From Pseudonocardiales bacterium (GTDB lineage: Bacteria; Actinomycetota; Actinomycetes; Mycobacteriales; Jatrophihabitantaceae), in NCBI GenBank assembly GCA_025465405.1, contig JAODNL010000578.1, forward strand, positions 1 through 13,195: a stretch of DNA of 13,195 bases, in the 5' to 3' direction. The translations under genes and the position numbers were made by a program. Below are positions 5,964 to 13,195 of this stretch, piece by piece. A model generated the notes under the pieces. The model saw only the letters and a list, made by a program, of their open reading frames with translations, was not told the origin of the DNA and did not search any database. Position 1 is the stretch's first letter; each line of letters begins with the position of its first letter.

Positions 5964-7488
5964 ACCTCCCGCGGCATCCGTCACCGCGCCCGCCGACCCC
6001 CCGACGCCGCACCGCGCGGAGCGAGCCGTGTTACCCACCGGTGCGCTGCGACGCACGAGTCGCCTCGTCGCGCTCCCGTTACGCCATGCCGCGCGAGCGG
6101 CTACCGCGGCCAGCCGGCTGTCGGGCACGACCACCGAGCAGGTCGCCGCCCGCAGCGCCGAGCAGGTGTTCGCCACGCTCGGCGAACTCAAGGGAGGTGC
6201 CGCGAAGCTCGGGCAGGCACTGTCGGTGTTCGAAGCTGGGCTGCCCGAGGAGGTCGCGAAGCCCTACCGGTCAGCACTGAGCCGGCTCACCGATGCCACG
6301 CCGGCCATGCCGGCCGCGGTCGCCCGTCGCGTGGTAGCGACCGATCTGTCACTCGCCTACGGGACGGAGTGGCGTAACCGGCTCGTGGACTTCGGCGATG
6401 CGCCCGCGGCCGCGGCATCGATCGGCCAGGTACATCGCGGGCGATGGCGCGATGATCGCGGCAACATCGTCGATGTGGCGGTGAAGGTGCAGTACCCGGG
6501 AGTGGCCAAGGCGCTGCGCTCTGACCTGCGCACCGCGCACATGCTGGGTCGGGTGATGGCTCATGTAACTGGACTCGACATTGCCGGGCTGACCGACGAG
6601 CTGGCAGCGCGGATGATCGATGAACTGGACTACGTTCGCGAGGGTCGCGCGCAGAGTCAGGTCGCGGCCGCGTTCTCCCCGCGCGTCCCGCGAGCCCTGT
6701 GTGTGGCCCGCGCTGAGGGGGTGCAGGAGCCGCCGGGCCGCACCAGCGTCGTCGTCCCGCGGGTGTACGCCGCGATGCCGCACGTGTTGGTGACCACCTG
6801 GCTGGATGGGACGCCGCTGACGGCACTGCTGGACGGCGGCACCGATTCCCTTCCCACGGACTGGCAGGAGCTCGCCCGCGACGACGCGGCAAATCTGGCG
6901 GCTCGGCTGATCGGCCACGCGGCGTATGCCCCAGCGGCCTGCTCCGGCTGGATGCACGCCGACCCGCACCCGGGCAATTTCCTGCTGCTGCCCGGTCGAC
7001 GCCTCGGCCTACTGGACTTCGGATCGGTCGCAGCGATGCCCGGTGGACCGCCGGAACCGCTGGGACAGCTGGCGGTCGCGGTACTGGCCGATGACGGCCC
7101 GAGCGCCCTTCGGTGGGCCCGACAGGCCGGTGCGCTGGCCCAGGACGCGGCGGTCGAACCCGACCTGCTCATCGAACTACTTCATCCGATAGTGGCCCCA
7201 ACGGCGCAAGACAGCTTCACCTACTCACCGTCCTGGTTACGCGCCCTTTTGACCCACCTCACCCAATCGCGTTTCGCCGCTGTCAGACGGGAATTGACGA
7301 CGCCGCTCGAGTACGCACTCATCTGGCGCGGGGTGCTGTCGGCCGGGGGCCTGTACGCCCAGCTCGGCGCGACCGTACCCAGCCGCGCCTTCGAAATGGC
7401 GTATTCGCCTGGATTCCGCCACGCCGCCCTGTCCGCCGATCGGCACGAAGAGCCGCGGCGGCACGACTACAAGGAGTTGAGGTCATGA
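5956..7488 (+). CDS. ABC1/UbiB (AarF) family atypical protein kinase
   Basis: The ABC1 N-terminal block is present: LGELKGGAAKLGQALS, followed by the ATP-binding stretch ASIGQVHRGRW...VAVKVQYPG. The catalytic region reads HADPHPGNFLL...LGLLDFG. ATG 5956 overlaps the hydrolase stop by 8 nt. Confidence 0.85.
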   Translation: MPEPPAASVTAPADPPTPHRAERAVLPTGALRRTSRLVALPLRHAARAATAASRLSGTTTEQVAARSAEQVFATLGELKGGAAKLGQALSVFEAGLPEEVAKPYRSALSRLTDATPAMPAAVARRVVATDLSLAYGTEWRNRLVDFGDAPAAAASIGQVHRGRWRDDRGNIVDVAVKVQYPGVAKALRSDLRTAHMLGRVMAHVTGLDIAGLTDELAARMIDELDYVREGRAQSQVAAAFSPRVPRALCVARAEGVQEPPGRTSVVVPRVYAAMPHVLVTTWLDGTPLTALLDGGTDSLPTDWQELARDDAANLAARLIGHAAYAPAACSGWMHADPHPGNFLLLPGRRLGLLDFGSVAAMPGGPPEPLGQLAVAVLADDGPSALRWARQAGALAQDAAVEPDLLIELLHPIVAPTAQDSFTYSPSWLRALLTHLTQSRFAAVRRELTTPLEYALIWRGVLSAGGLYAQLGATVPSRAFEMAYSPGFRHAALSADRHEEPRRHDYKELRS

Positions 7489-8024
7489 TGATCAAATCCA
7501 AGAGGCTGCCGCTGTATGTCGCCGGGGGCGCTGGCCTCAGCGCGCTGGCAGCGGTCTTCGGGCTGACGCTGACCCATTCCGGGCCGAGTGCCGCCGGGGT
7601 GACCGCGTCGCCCCCCTCGACCGTCGTACAGACCCGGGCCACCGCGCTCGGGCAGATCCTGGTCGACGCACAAGGCCGCAGCCTGTACCTGTTCGCCAAA
7701 GACACCGGGCCCGTCTCGACCTGCCAGGGCAGTTGCACCTCAGCCTGGCCGCCGGTGCCGGTGTCCGGTGCGCCGCACGCGGCCGGTACCGCGTCCGCGT
7801 CGGCGCTCGGGGTAATCGGCCGTTCGGGCAGCAGCCGGCAACTGAGCTACGCCGGGCATCCGCTGTACTACTTCGCCGGAGACCACAAGGCAGGACAGAC
7901 GAAGGGGCAGGCGCTGGACCAATTCGGCGCCAAATGGTTCGTCCTGAACCCAGCAGGAGCTGCGGTCGTCAACGCGCAGAGCAATGCCGGCAACAGCGGC
8001 GGTGGCGGCGGGTACGGCTATTGA
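7485..8024 (+). CDS. Secreted protein with tandem Yx(F/Y)xxD repeats (COG4315 / 'secreted repeat of unknown function' family)
   Basis: The true start is ATG 7485 (MMIKSKRLPLYVAGGAGLSALAAVFG signal peptide), with RBS AAGGAG 8 nt upstream and an ATGA overlap with the kinase stop. Two repeats are present, SLYLFAKD and PLYYFAGD, plus the family C..GSC..AWPP motif. The tail is Gly-rich. The upstream 124 codons of the listed ORF 7113.. overlap the kinase in another frame and are not coding. Confidence 0.7.
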   Translation: MMIKSKRLPLYVAGGAGLSALAAVFGLTLTHSGPSAAGVTASPPSTVVQTRATALGQILVDAQGRSLYLFAKDTGPVSTCQGSCTSAWPPVPVSGAPHAAGTASASALGVIGRSGSSRQLSYAGHPLYYFAGDHKAGQTKGQALDQFGAKWFVLNPAGAAVVNAQSNAGNSGGGGGYGY

Positions 8025-8052
8025 CCAGCCGTCCCGACCACAGGGACAGGTT

Positions 8053-8154
8053 ATGGCCTGGGCGCCGCTCGGCACCGCAGTGATCGTGTTTGCCACCTTG
8101 GGGGCCGCGCACGCTCGTGGTCTTTCCCTGGGCTCACGCCTCGACCTGAAATAA
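8053..8154 (+). CDS. Possible 33-aa single-TM micro-protein (MAWAPLGTAVIVFATLGAAHARGLSLGSRLDLK)
   Basis: ATG preceded by GGGACAGG. It encodes a hydrophobic helix and lies immediately upstream, in a different frame, of a flotillin gene that lacks its membrane hairpin. Too short to judge by codon statistics. Confidence 0.2.
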   Translation: MAWAPLGTAVIVFATLGAAHARGLSLGSRLDLK

Positions 8155-8182
8155 TCATCACTCGCTAAGGAGTAGTCCGGCC

Positions 8183-9526
8183 ATGTTGGGTTACCACGTT
8201 CCAGCGCCCGATGAGGCGATGCTGATCTCCGGAGGCAAGGCCAGGGGCTCCGACGCGCCGTTCCGCGTGGTGACTGGTCGAGGCGCCTATGCCGCGCCGA
8301 TGTTTCGCAAGGTGCGGTTCATCACCCTATCGATGTCGGAGTCCGAGGTGGAAGAGAACTGTGTGACCAAGCAGGGCATCGCGCTGAAGGTCAAGGCCGT
8401 CATCGCGTTCAAGGTAGGTAATGACACCGAGTCCATCGTCAACGCATCGCAGCGCTTCCTCTCCGACCAGTCCCAGATGTCGGTGCTCACGGGCCGGATC
8501 TTCTCCGGTCACCTTCGCTCGATCATCGGCTCGATGACCGTCGAGGAGATCGTCACCGAACGGCAGAAGCTGGCCTCCGAGGTGCTCGACGGATCCAAGG
8601 AGGAGATGGCCAAGATCGGTCTCACGGTCGATGCGCTGCAGATCCAGTCCATCGACGATATGGGGCTGGGGTACATCGCCGCGATGGCAGCGCCGCACAA
8701 CGCGGCCATCCAGCGAGCAGCGAAGGTCGCGGCGTCGCAGGCCGATCAGGCGGCCGCGGAGGCTCAGCAGGCATCCCTGCGCGCCCAGGCCGAGTACGTC
8801 CGCCAGACCGAGATGGTCCAAGCCCAGTACGCCGCCGATGTGGAGGGAGCGAAGTCCGCCGCGGCCGCCACCGCTGCGGCGGCGGCCCAGGAGTCGGCGC
8901 GCAACCAAGCCAACTACGAGGCCCAGACCGCAGTCACCCGGTCGAAGGCGACCCAGGTAGCTGCCGAGGCGCAGCAGGAGTCCGACCGCAACCAGGCCGA
9001 CTTTGCCCGCCAAACCGCGGTCGCGAAGGCCACGTTCGCAGCCGAAACCCAAGCGGCGCAAGCCAAAGCCGACCAGTCCGGACCGCTGGCCCACGCCGTT
9101 GCGCAGCAGCAGGTGATCGATGCCCAGACGGCCCTGGCCCAGCGGCAGGCCGAACTGGCCCGCCAGACGCTTGTATCCACCGTCATCCGCCCCGCAGAGG
9201 CCGACGCCGAAAGGGTGAAGATCCTCGCCGCAGCCGACGCGGAGCGGACCAAGATCCTGGCCGAGGCGGCTCAATCCCACAACCGCGTCGCACTCGACCA
9301 ACAGATCATCGCCCAACTCCCGCTCATCGTGGAGAAGGCCGCGCAGGGTCTCGCCGGCGCCCACTTGACGGTGCTCAACGGATCAGAAGGAGTGACGGAG
9401 ATCGTCTCGTCACTGGTCGGTCAGGGGGTAGCCATCCTGGACTCGATCAAGCAAGGCGTAGCCGGCTCCAGCGAAGCCACAGACCGCCGATCCACCTCGC
9501 CGACAATAAAAGGCATCACTAACTAG
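8183..9526 (+). CDS. Flotillin-like SPFH/band-7 domain protein (FloT/YuaG-like) with Ala/Gln-rich coiled-coil region
   Basis: RBS AAGGAG sits 11 nt upstream of the ATG. PDEAMLISGG...FSGHLRSIIGSMTVEEIVTERQKLASEV aligns with the FloT SPFH core. A long AQ/EA-rich coiled coil with three degenerate repeats follows. There is no N-terminal hydrophobic hairpin. Confidence 0.85.
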   Translation: MLGYHVPAPDEAMLISGGKARGSDAPFRVVTGRGAYAAPMFRKVRFITLSMSESEVEENCVTKQGIALKVKAVIAFKVGNDTESIVNASQRFLSDQSQMSVLTGRIFSGHLRSIIGSMTVEEIVTERQKLASEVLDGSKEEMAKIGLTVDALQIQSIDDMGLGYIAAMAAPHNAAIQRAAKVAASQADQAAAEAQQASLRAQAEYVRQTEMVQAQYAADVEGAKSAAAATAAAAAQESARNQANYEAQTAVTRSKATQVAAEAQQESDRNQADFARQTAVAKATFAAETQAAQAKADQSGPLAHAVAQQQVIDAQTALAQRQAELARQTLVSTVIRPAEADAERVKILAAADAERTKILAEAAQSHNRVALDQQIIAQLPLIVEKAAQGLAGAHLTVLNGSEGVTEIVSSLVGQGVAILDSIKQGVAGSSEATDRRSTSPTIKGITN

Positions 9527-9730
9527 GCACCCATAACACCTGCGTCCTGCGTGGTTACCTCATTGCCGTACCCACCGCCGAGGCAGGAAATGCGGCTCTA
9601 CTGACTAACTCGACCTGGCCGGTGCTCTCGGTCAGCACCGACTTGCCCCGGGTGCCGTTGCGGATGTCGCATCGAGATAGTCGCGCAACGATAGATCCGC
9701 CCGTGGCATCACGATGACCCAGTTGTCCTC

Positions 9731-9922
9731 GTGCTCTCCGGAGTCATTCACGGGCACGCCATTGCGTACTCCGTCGAGACCGACGAGCAGCAATTCTCGG
9801 TCAGCGCCTGGCGTCTTCGGTACGAACTTCGGTACCGCCTGATCCTCAGCGACGGCGACTACGAAGACCTGCCCGAACCCGCCCGCACCGATCCGCTTAC
9901 CAACGACCCCCCGAGCACCTAA
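9731..9922 (+). CDS. Hypothetical small protein (63 aa, GTG start), acidic C-terminus
   Basis: GC3 is about 81% in this frame versus about 68% for the overlapping minus-strand ORF 9632..9934. No recognisable motif. Confidence 0.3.
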   Translation: MLSGVIHGHAIAYSVETDEQQFSVSAWRLRYELRYRLILSDGDYEDLPEPARTDPLTNDPPST

Positions 9923-9932
9923 ATCCCCGGCC

Positions 9933-10145
9933 ATGCTCGCAGTGTGTAGCCGGGCCCGACCCGTCGATGGGTGCGGCTCGATGCGCCGGGCGCTCGTCCT
10001 GCGCGATGGAATCAGATCGAAGGATCGGTGCGGCGTGATTGAGGACGAGTCCCAGCAGCTCGTGGACGGGCACGACGTGATCGGCGGCTGGTGCCGGTGT
10101 CCGGCTCGCGGTGACGCGAGGGACATCGAGGTCAGGCCGCTGTAG
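9933..10145 (+). CDS. Hypothetical small Cys-containing protein (70 aa)
   Basis: GC3 is about 83%. It overlaps the 3' end of the convergent monooxygenase gene by 14 nt. No recognisable motif. Confidence 0.25.
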   Translation: MLAVCSRARPVDGCGSMRRALVLRDGIRSKDRCGVIEDESQQLVDGHDVIGGWCRCPARGDARDIEVRPL

Positions 10146-11256
10146 CGGCGACGGTCGACTGGTCGGCCGGCTGGGTGATCCGGTGGCGGTCCAGGTGCGT
10201 GATGATGTAGGCCGCGTCGCGTGCGACTCCCCACAGTGACGCCGATGCCAGCGCGAACTGGAATTCCAGTCCGATGAAGTACAGCCCGGTCACCCGGGTG
10301 GACACGCCGCGCGAGTGCACGGGGGTGCCGTGCTCATCGAAGGCCGTGTCGAGGTCAATCCACGGGAAGTCGTGCCGGTGGCCGGTGCACCAGATGACGT
10401 TGGTGACGTCGAGCACCTGACCGTTCTCGAGCTGCGGCAGCCCGTCCTGGACGCCGACGACGCGACCGACCCGCTTGACGCCGGCGTCGGCCAGCCACTT
10501 CGGCTTGACGCGGATCACCGGCGTTGCCTTACCGCGCATCCTCGGCGCTGCGCGGCGTCCCATCGGCGTGCGCAGGCACAGCACGTTGCGCTGCACGAAC
10601 CGCACGACACGAACCACGACTATCCGCGCAAACAACTTGTCTATATCGGGCGGGATGTGCGCCACCTTGGGCCCGGCCAGCCAGGTCGGATGCGACGGCA
10701 CGACATCCAGGCTAATGTCCGCGCCGGAGTTGCCGCCGCCGACGAGCAACACGCCTCCGGGCTGCAACTGAGCCGGGTTGCGGTAGCCCGACGAGTGCAG
10801 CTGCACGATGTGCTCGTCGAGGTCATCGGCGAAGGACGGCACCTTCGGCGCACCGTAGGAACCGGTCGCGACGATGACGTTGGACGCGGTGATCACGCCG
10901 TTCGACGTCGTGATGACGAACCGGTCGCCGGACTTCGTCAGCGCGGTCACGCGGACGTCGTTGCGCACCGGCAGGTCGTGGTGGGCGGCGTAGGCCTCGA
11001 GATAGTCGGCCATCTCGTCCTTGGTCGGCGCCAGGCTGCGTTGCGCCGTGAAGCGCAGGCCGGGCAGCTCGCAGTCACGGCGCGGCGTGAACAGCCGCAG
11101 CGAATCCCAGCGGCTGCGCCAGGCCTCACCTACCCGCGGATAGGCGTCCAGCACGACGAATTCGCGGCCGCGCTTCTTCAGCTCGTAGGCGGCGATGAGG
11201 CCGGCCTGGCCGCCCCCGATGACCACCGTCTCAATGTGTTCCGTGCTGCTGTTCAT
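10132..11256 (-). CDS. NAD(P)/FAD-dependent oxidoreductase, class B flavin-containing monooxygenase-like (CzcO-like)
   Basis: N-terminal FAD-binding GxGxxG (TVVIGGGQAGLIAAYEL) and a second dinucleotide-binding motif (VLLVGGGNSGADI). RBS GGGGGAG sits 6 nt before the ATG. Confidence 0.85.
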   Translation of the reverse strand: MNSSTEHIETVVIGGGQAGLIAAYELKKRGREFVVLDAYPRVGEAWRSRWDSLRLFTPRRDCELPGLRFTAQRSLAPTKDEMADYLEAYAAHHDLPVRNDVRVTALTKSGDRFVITTSNGVITASNVIVATGSYGAPKVPSFADDLDEHIVQLHSSGYRNPAQLQPGGVLLVGGGNSGADISLDVVPSHPTWLAGPKVAHIPPDIDKLFARIVVVRVVRFVQRNVLCLRTPMGRRAAPRMRGKATPVIRVKPKWLADAGVKRVGRVVGVQDGLPQLENGQVLDVTNVIWCTGHRHDFPWIDLDTAFDEHGTPVHSRGVSTRVTGLYFIGLEFQFALASASLWGVARDAAYIITHLDRHRITQPADQSTVAATAA

Positions 11257-11341
11257 GTCCGCTCCCCCAGTCGTATTCCTTGAGGAGGGACGCTAAGAGC
11301 AGCACCGCAGGCCCGGCATCCGAAGAAATACCCATTCGGGG

Positions 11342-12967
11342 TCACACCAGGTTGTGCTGGAACGCATACGCCGTCGCCGCCGACCGAGAGCCGACGTCGA
11401 GCTTGGCGAAGATGTTGCTCACATGCCGGTGCACGGTCTTTTCGCTCACGAACAGCTCGTCGGCGATCGCCCGGTTGCTCTTGCCGGCGGCGATCAGCCG
11501 CAACACCTGCACCTCGCGCAGCGACAGGCCACCCGCGATCGCTGCGGAAGACCGCTTGGACAGCTTCTGCACGAGCGCGAGGTCGGGCGCCGCGCCGAGC
11601 TCCTGGAAGACCCAGCGCGCCGCATCGAACTCCATCTCGGCGGTGTCCTCGTCGCCGAGCACGCGGCACGCCTCGCCGATGAGGACGCGCACCCGCGCGC
11701 CGTGATACGGCGCCTCGAGCTCCTGCCACTGCGTCCACGCCGACCGCAGGCAGCCCAGTGCCGTCGGCGCGTCGCCCTCGGCCAGCGTCACCGAGCCGTC
11801 GGCGTACTTGGCCGTCGCGCGCAACAACGGCACGTCGATCTGGTTGGCGATCGCGGCGAGTTCGTCAGCCGCCGCACGGGCTGCCGCCACCTGGCCGACG
11901 GCGAGTTCGATCTCGACCTGCGCGCCAAGCAGGCGTGCCCTCGCAACGACATCGGTCGTCTCGTCGAGCGCGCGGCGGATCGCGGCGGTCGCGGATTCGG
12001 TGTGGCCCTGCACGAGTCGCAGCAGCCCGAGGCCAGGCTGGGTCTCGTGACCATGCAGGCTTGCTTGCTTGTAGGCCGCCTCGGCGTCGGTGAAATCGCC
12101 GCGCAGCCGATGCAACTCGCCGAGCCGGTAGTACGCGTTGCCGAACGAGTGGCCGGCGGCATCGGCGAGCCAGTCGCGGGCGCGTTCGGCTTGGTCGTAC
12201 GCCTCGGGCCAGGCGCCGTGGAACGTGAGGATCTCGGCGCGGTGCACCAGGCAGTTGCCACGGTATGGGACCAGGTCGGGTTGCGCGTCGCACCAGCGTG
12301 TCAGCGCCGCCGTCCACTCCTGCGCGCGGCGGACCTCGAGGATCTGCTGGCACGACTCGATCGCCGCGCAGAACGCGAGACCCGCGACAAGCGGCGACAC
12401 GGTGCCGGCGTTGACCGCGACCATCACCTCGTCGAGTGACTGCAGCCCATCGCTTGCGCGGCCGAGCTGAATGAGGCACTGGCCGCGGCCCATCCGGCTC
12501 AGCGTCATGCCGTTGGCATCGCCCAGCCGGTCGGCATTGCGCCGGGCTTCTTCGAACATCTCCAACGCGGTGTCGTACTCGCCGGCGAACATGGTCCCGG
12601 CGGCCGTCTGCCCGAGGACGAACCACCGCGCCGGGCAGTCGAGGTTGTGCTCGTCGCAGAGCGCCTGAACGCGCGCCAACCATCCACCACCCAGCGCGAA
12701 TTCCCCGTTGGTGACGAGCGCGAACGAGCACCACGCCGCGGCCATCGCCGCGTTCTCGACTTCGCCCACCTCGAGATAAGTGGCGTGCGCGCGACTCCAC
12801 GCCTCGGTCGAGTCCTGGGCCTTGCCGATGCAATGCGCCGCGACGGCCAGCTGCTCGAGTTGCTGCGGGTCCAGCGGCTGATCGGCATCGGCCGCAACAA
12901 GGTGCGCGTACGCCTCGCCCCACGCACGCCGCGCGTAGGCATCGCCTGCCAGCTCCAATATCCCCAC
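11342..12967 (-). CDS. LuxR-family transcriptional regulator with N-terminal TPR-like helical repeat domain (no AAA/ATPase module)
   Basis: C-terminal LuxR HTH: LSLREVQVLRLIAAGKSNRAIADELFVSEKTVHRHVSNIFAKLDV. Upstream of it are about 450 aa of Ala/Leu-rich helical repeats. GTG start at 12967. It sits 85 nt upstream of the monooxygenase gene on the same strand. Confidence 0.8.
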   Translation of the reverse strand: MGILELAGDAYARRAWGEAYAHLVAADADQPLDPQQLEQLAVAAHCIGKAQDSTEAWSRAHATYLEVGEVENAAMAAAWCSFALVTNGEFALGGGWLARVQALCDEHNLDCPARWFVLGQTAAGTMFAGEYDTALEMFEEARRNADRLGDANGMTLSRMGRGQCLIQLGRASDGLQSLDEVMVAVNAGTVSPLVAGLAFCAAIESCQQILEVRRAQEWTAALTRWCDAQPDLVPYRGNCLVHRAEILTFHGAWPEAYDQAERARDWLADAAGHSFGNAYYRLGELHRLRGDFTDAEAAYKQASLHGHETQPGLGLLRLVQGHTESATAAIRRALDETTDVVARARLLGAQVEIELAVGQVAAARAAADELAAIANQIDVPLLRATAKYADGSVTLAEGDAPTALGCLRSAWTQWQELEAPYHGARVRVLIGEACRVLGDEDTAEMEFDAARWVFQELGAAPDLALVQKLSKRSSAAIAGGLSLREVQVLRLIAAGKSNRAIADELFVSEKTVHRHVSNIFAKLDVGSRSAATAYAFQHNLV

Positions 12968-13146
12968 GGGAGCTATTCTCGCCCCCTGCCACGACCTAGT
13001 CGGCGTCGCACGACGCGCGCCGGTGCCTCCCTTGCATGAAGAATCCGCGCCGACGCGGTTCGTGGCGGCCTCACCCTAAGCACCCGCGTGGCGCCTCGTC
13101 CGCAGCGGGCGTCACCACAGAATAGATAGGGCCAGAGACGGGAAGC

Positions 13147-13176
13147 CCCGCTCCTCAGCTCCTGCCGAGGAGCGGG
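13147..13176. other. Strong GC hairpin (10-bp stem CCCGCTCCTC / GAGGAGCGGG, 10-nt loop). Either a factor-independent terminator of a gene beyond the window or a leader structure upstream of the LuxR gene.
   Basis: Read directly. There is no U-tract, which is common in high-GC actinobacteria. Confidence 0.3.
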
Positions 13177-13195
13177 ACCCCAACGCCTGCGAGCC

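Noticed and set aside
5828-7738. ORFs 5828..6280 +, 6287..6892 -, 6349..6969 -, 6657..7172 -, 7237..7464 -, 7319..7738 -, 7113..7484 (5' part of 7113..8024)
   Set aside because: Alternate or antisense frames of the ABC1 kinase gene. The YxFxxD protein clearly starts at the RBS-linked ATG 7485.
8327-9364. 345-aa minus-strand ORF antisense to the flotillin gene (plus 8631..8960 +, 8914..9252 -)
   Set aside because: The product is Gly/Leu/Arg-rich and low-complexity. The sense-strand product has an unmistakable SPFH/flotillin sequence.
9596-9609. TCTACTgacTAAct, a partial match to the operator half-site
   Set aside because: No inverted partner half-site nearby, and the spacing is broken. It is probably coincidental or a decayed site.
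9632-10234. 200-aa minus-strand ORF whose C-terminal half has a kinase-like GxGxxG loop (IGAGGFGQVF)
   Set aside because: The N-terminal half is R/P/S/H-rich junk. The C-terminal half has GC3 about 68% with many GTA/GGT/AAT codons, below the overlapping plus-strand frame at about 81%. There is no downstream VAIK/HRD context. It is probably a chance motif.
10315-11283. 322-aa plus-strand ORF antisense to the flavin monooxygenase
   Set aside because: Antisense frame. The product is low-complexity. The minus strand carries clear Rossmann motifs.
11253-12992. ORFs 11354..12439 +, 11865..12992 -, 11253..11738 -, 11788..12261 -, 12505..12942 -
   Set aside because: Alternate frames of the LuxR-family gene. 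Only the 11342..12967 frame gives the LuxR HTH and helical repeats.
1-13195. tRNA/rRNA genes, CRISPR repeats, IS elements or integrases
   Set aside because: No T-loop-like GGTTCGAATCC motifs, no regularly spaced direct repeats, and no transposase- or integrase-like translations were seen.

Overview
This is high-GC (about 70%) actinobacterial-type chromosomal DNA, densely coding, with no tRNA, rRNA, CRISPR array or transposase visible. On the minus strand the left half carries a five-gene cluster: a BlaI/MecI/CopY-family repressor (3630->3232), a sensor-less M56 BlaR1-like peptidase (3235->2228, GTGA start/stop overlap), an ECF sigma factor (2161->1649), a small 4-TM membrane protein (1614->1141) and a membrane anti-sigma factor with a zinc-finger (ZAS/zf-HC2) domain (1076->288). 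Diverging from blaI is a plus-strand operon of four translationally coupled genes: a secreted PAP2-superfamily/vanadium-haloperoxidase-like protein, an alpha/beta hydrolase, an ABC1/UbiB-family kinase and a secreted YxFxxD-repeat protein. A flotillin-like SPFH protein follows. The right end carries a CzcO-like flavin monooxygenase and a LuxR/TPR-type regulator on the minus strand. The window opens with the 3' end of an F420-dependent LLM oxidoreductase gene. The most striking feature is a 39-bp cassette present twice (34/39 identical). One copy sits directly at the start codon of the sigma gene, the other in the divergent blaI/haloperoxidase-like intergenic region. Each copy holds an AT-rich dyad TCTACTA-N7-TAGTAG (a perfect 9+5+9 palindrome at the sigma gene) and ends in ATG. 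I read this as a shared repressor operator, most plausibly for the local BlaI homolog, overlapping a promoter. It would wire a protease-triggered BlaI/BlaR switch to an ECF sigma/anti-sigma module and to a secreted-enzyme operon. All calls come from reading the translations and the DNA; no database search was possible.
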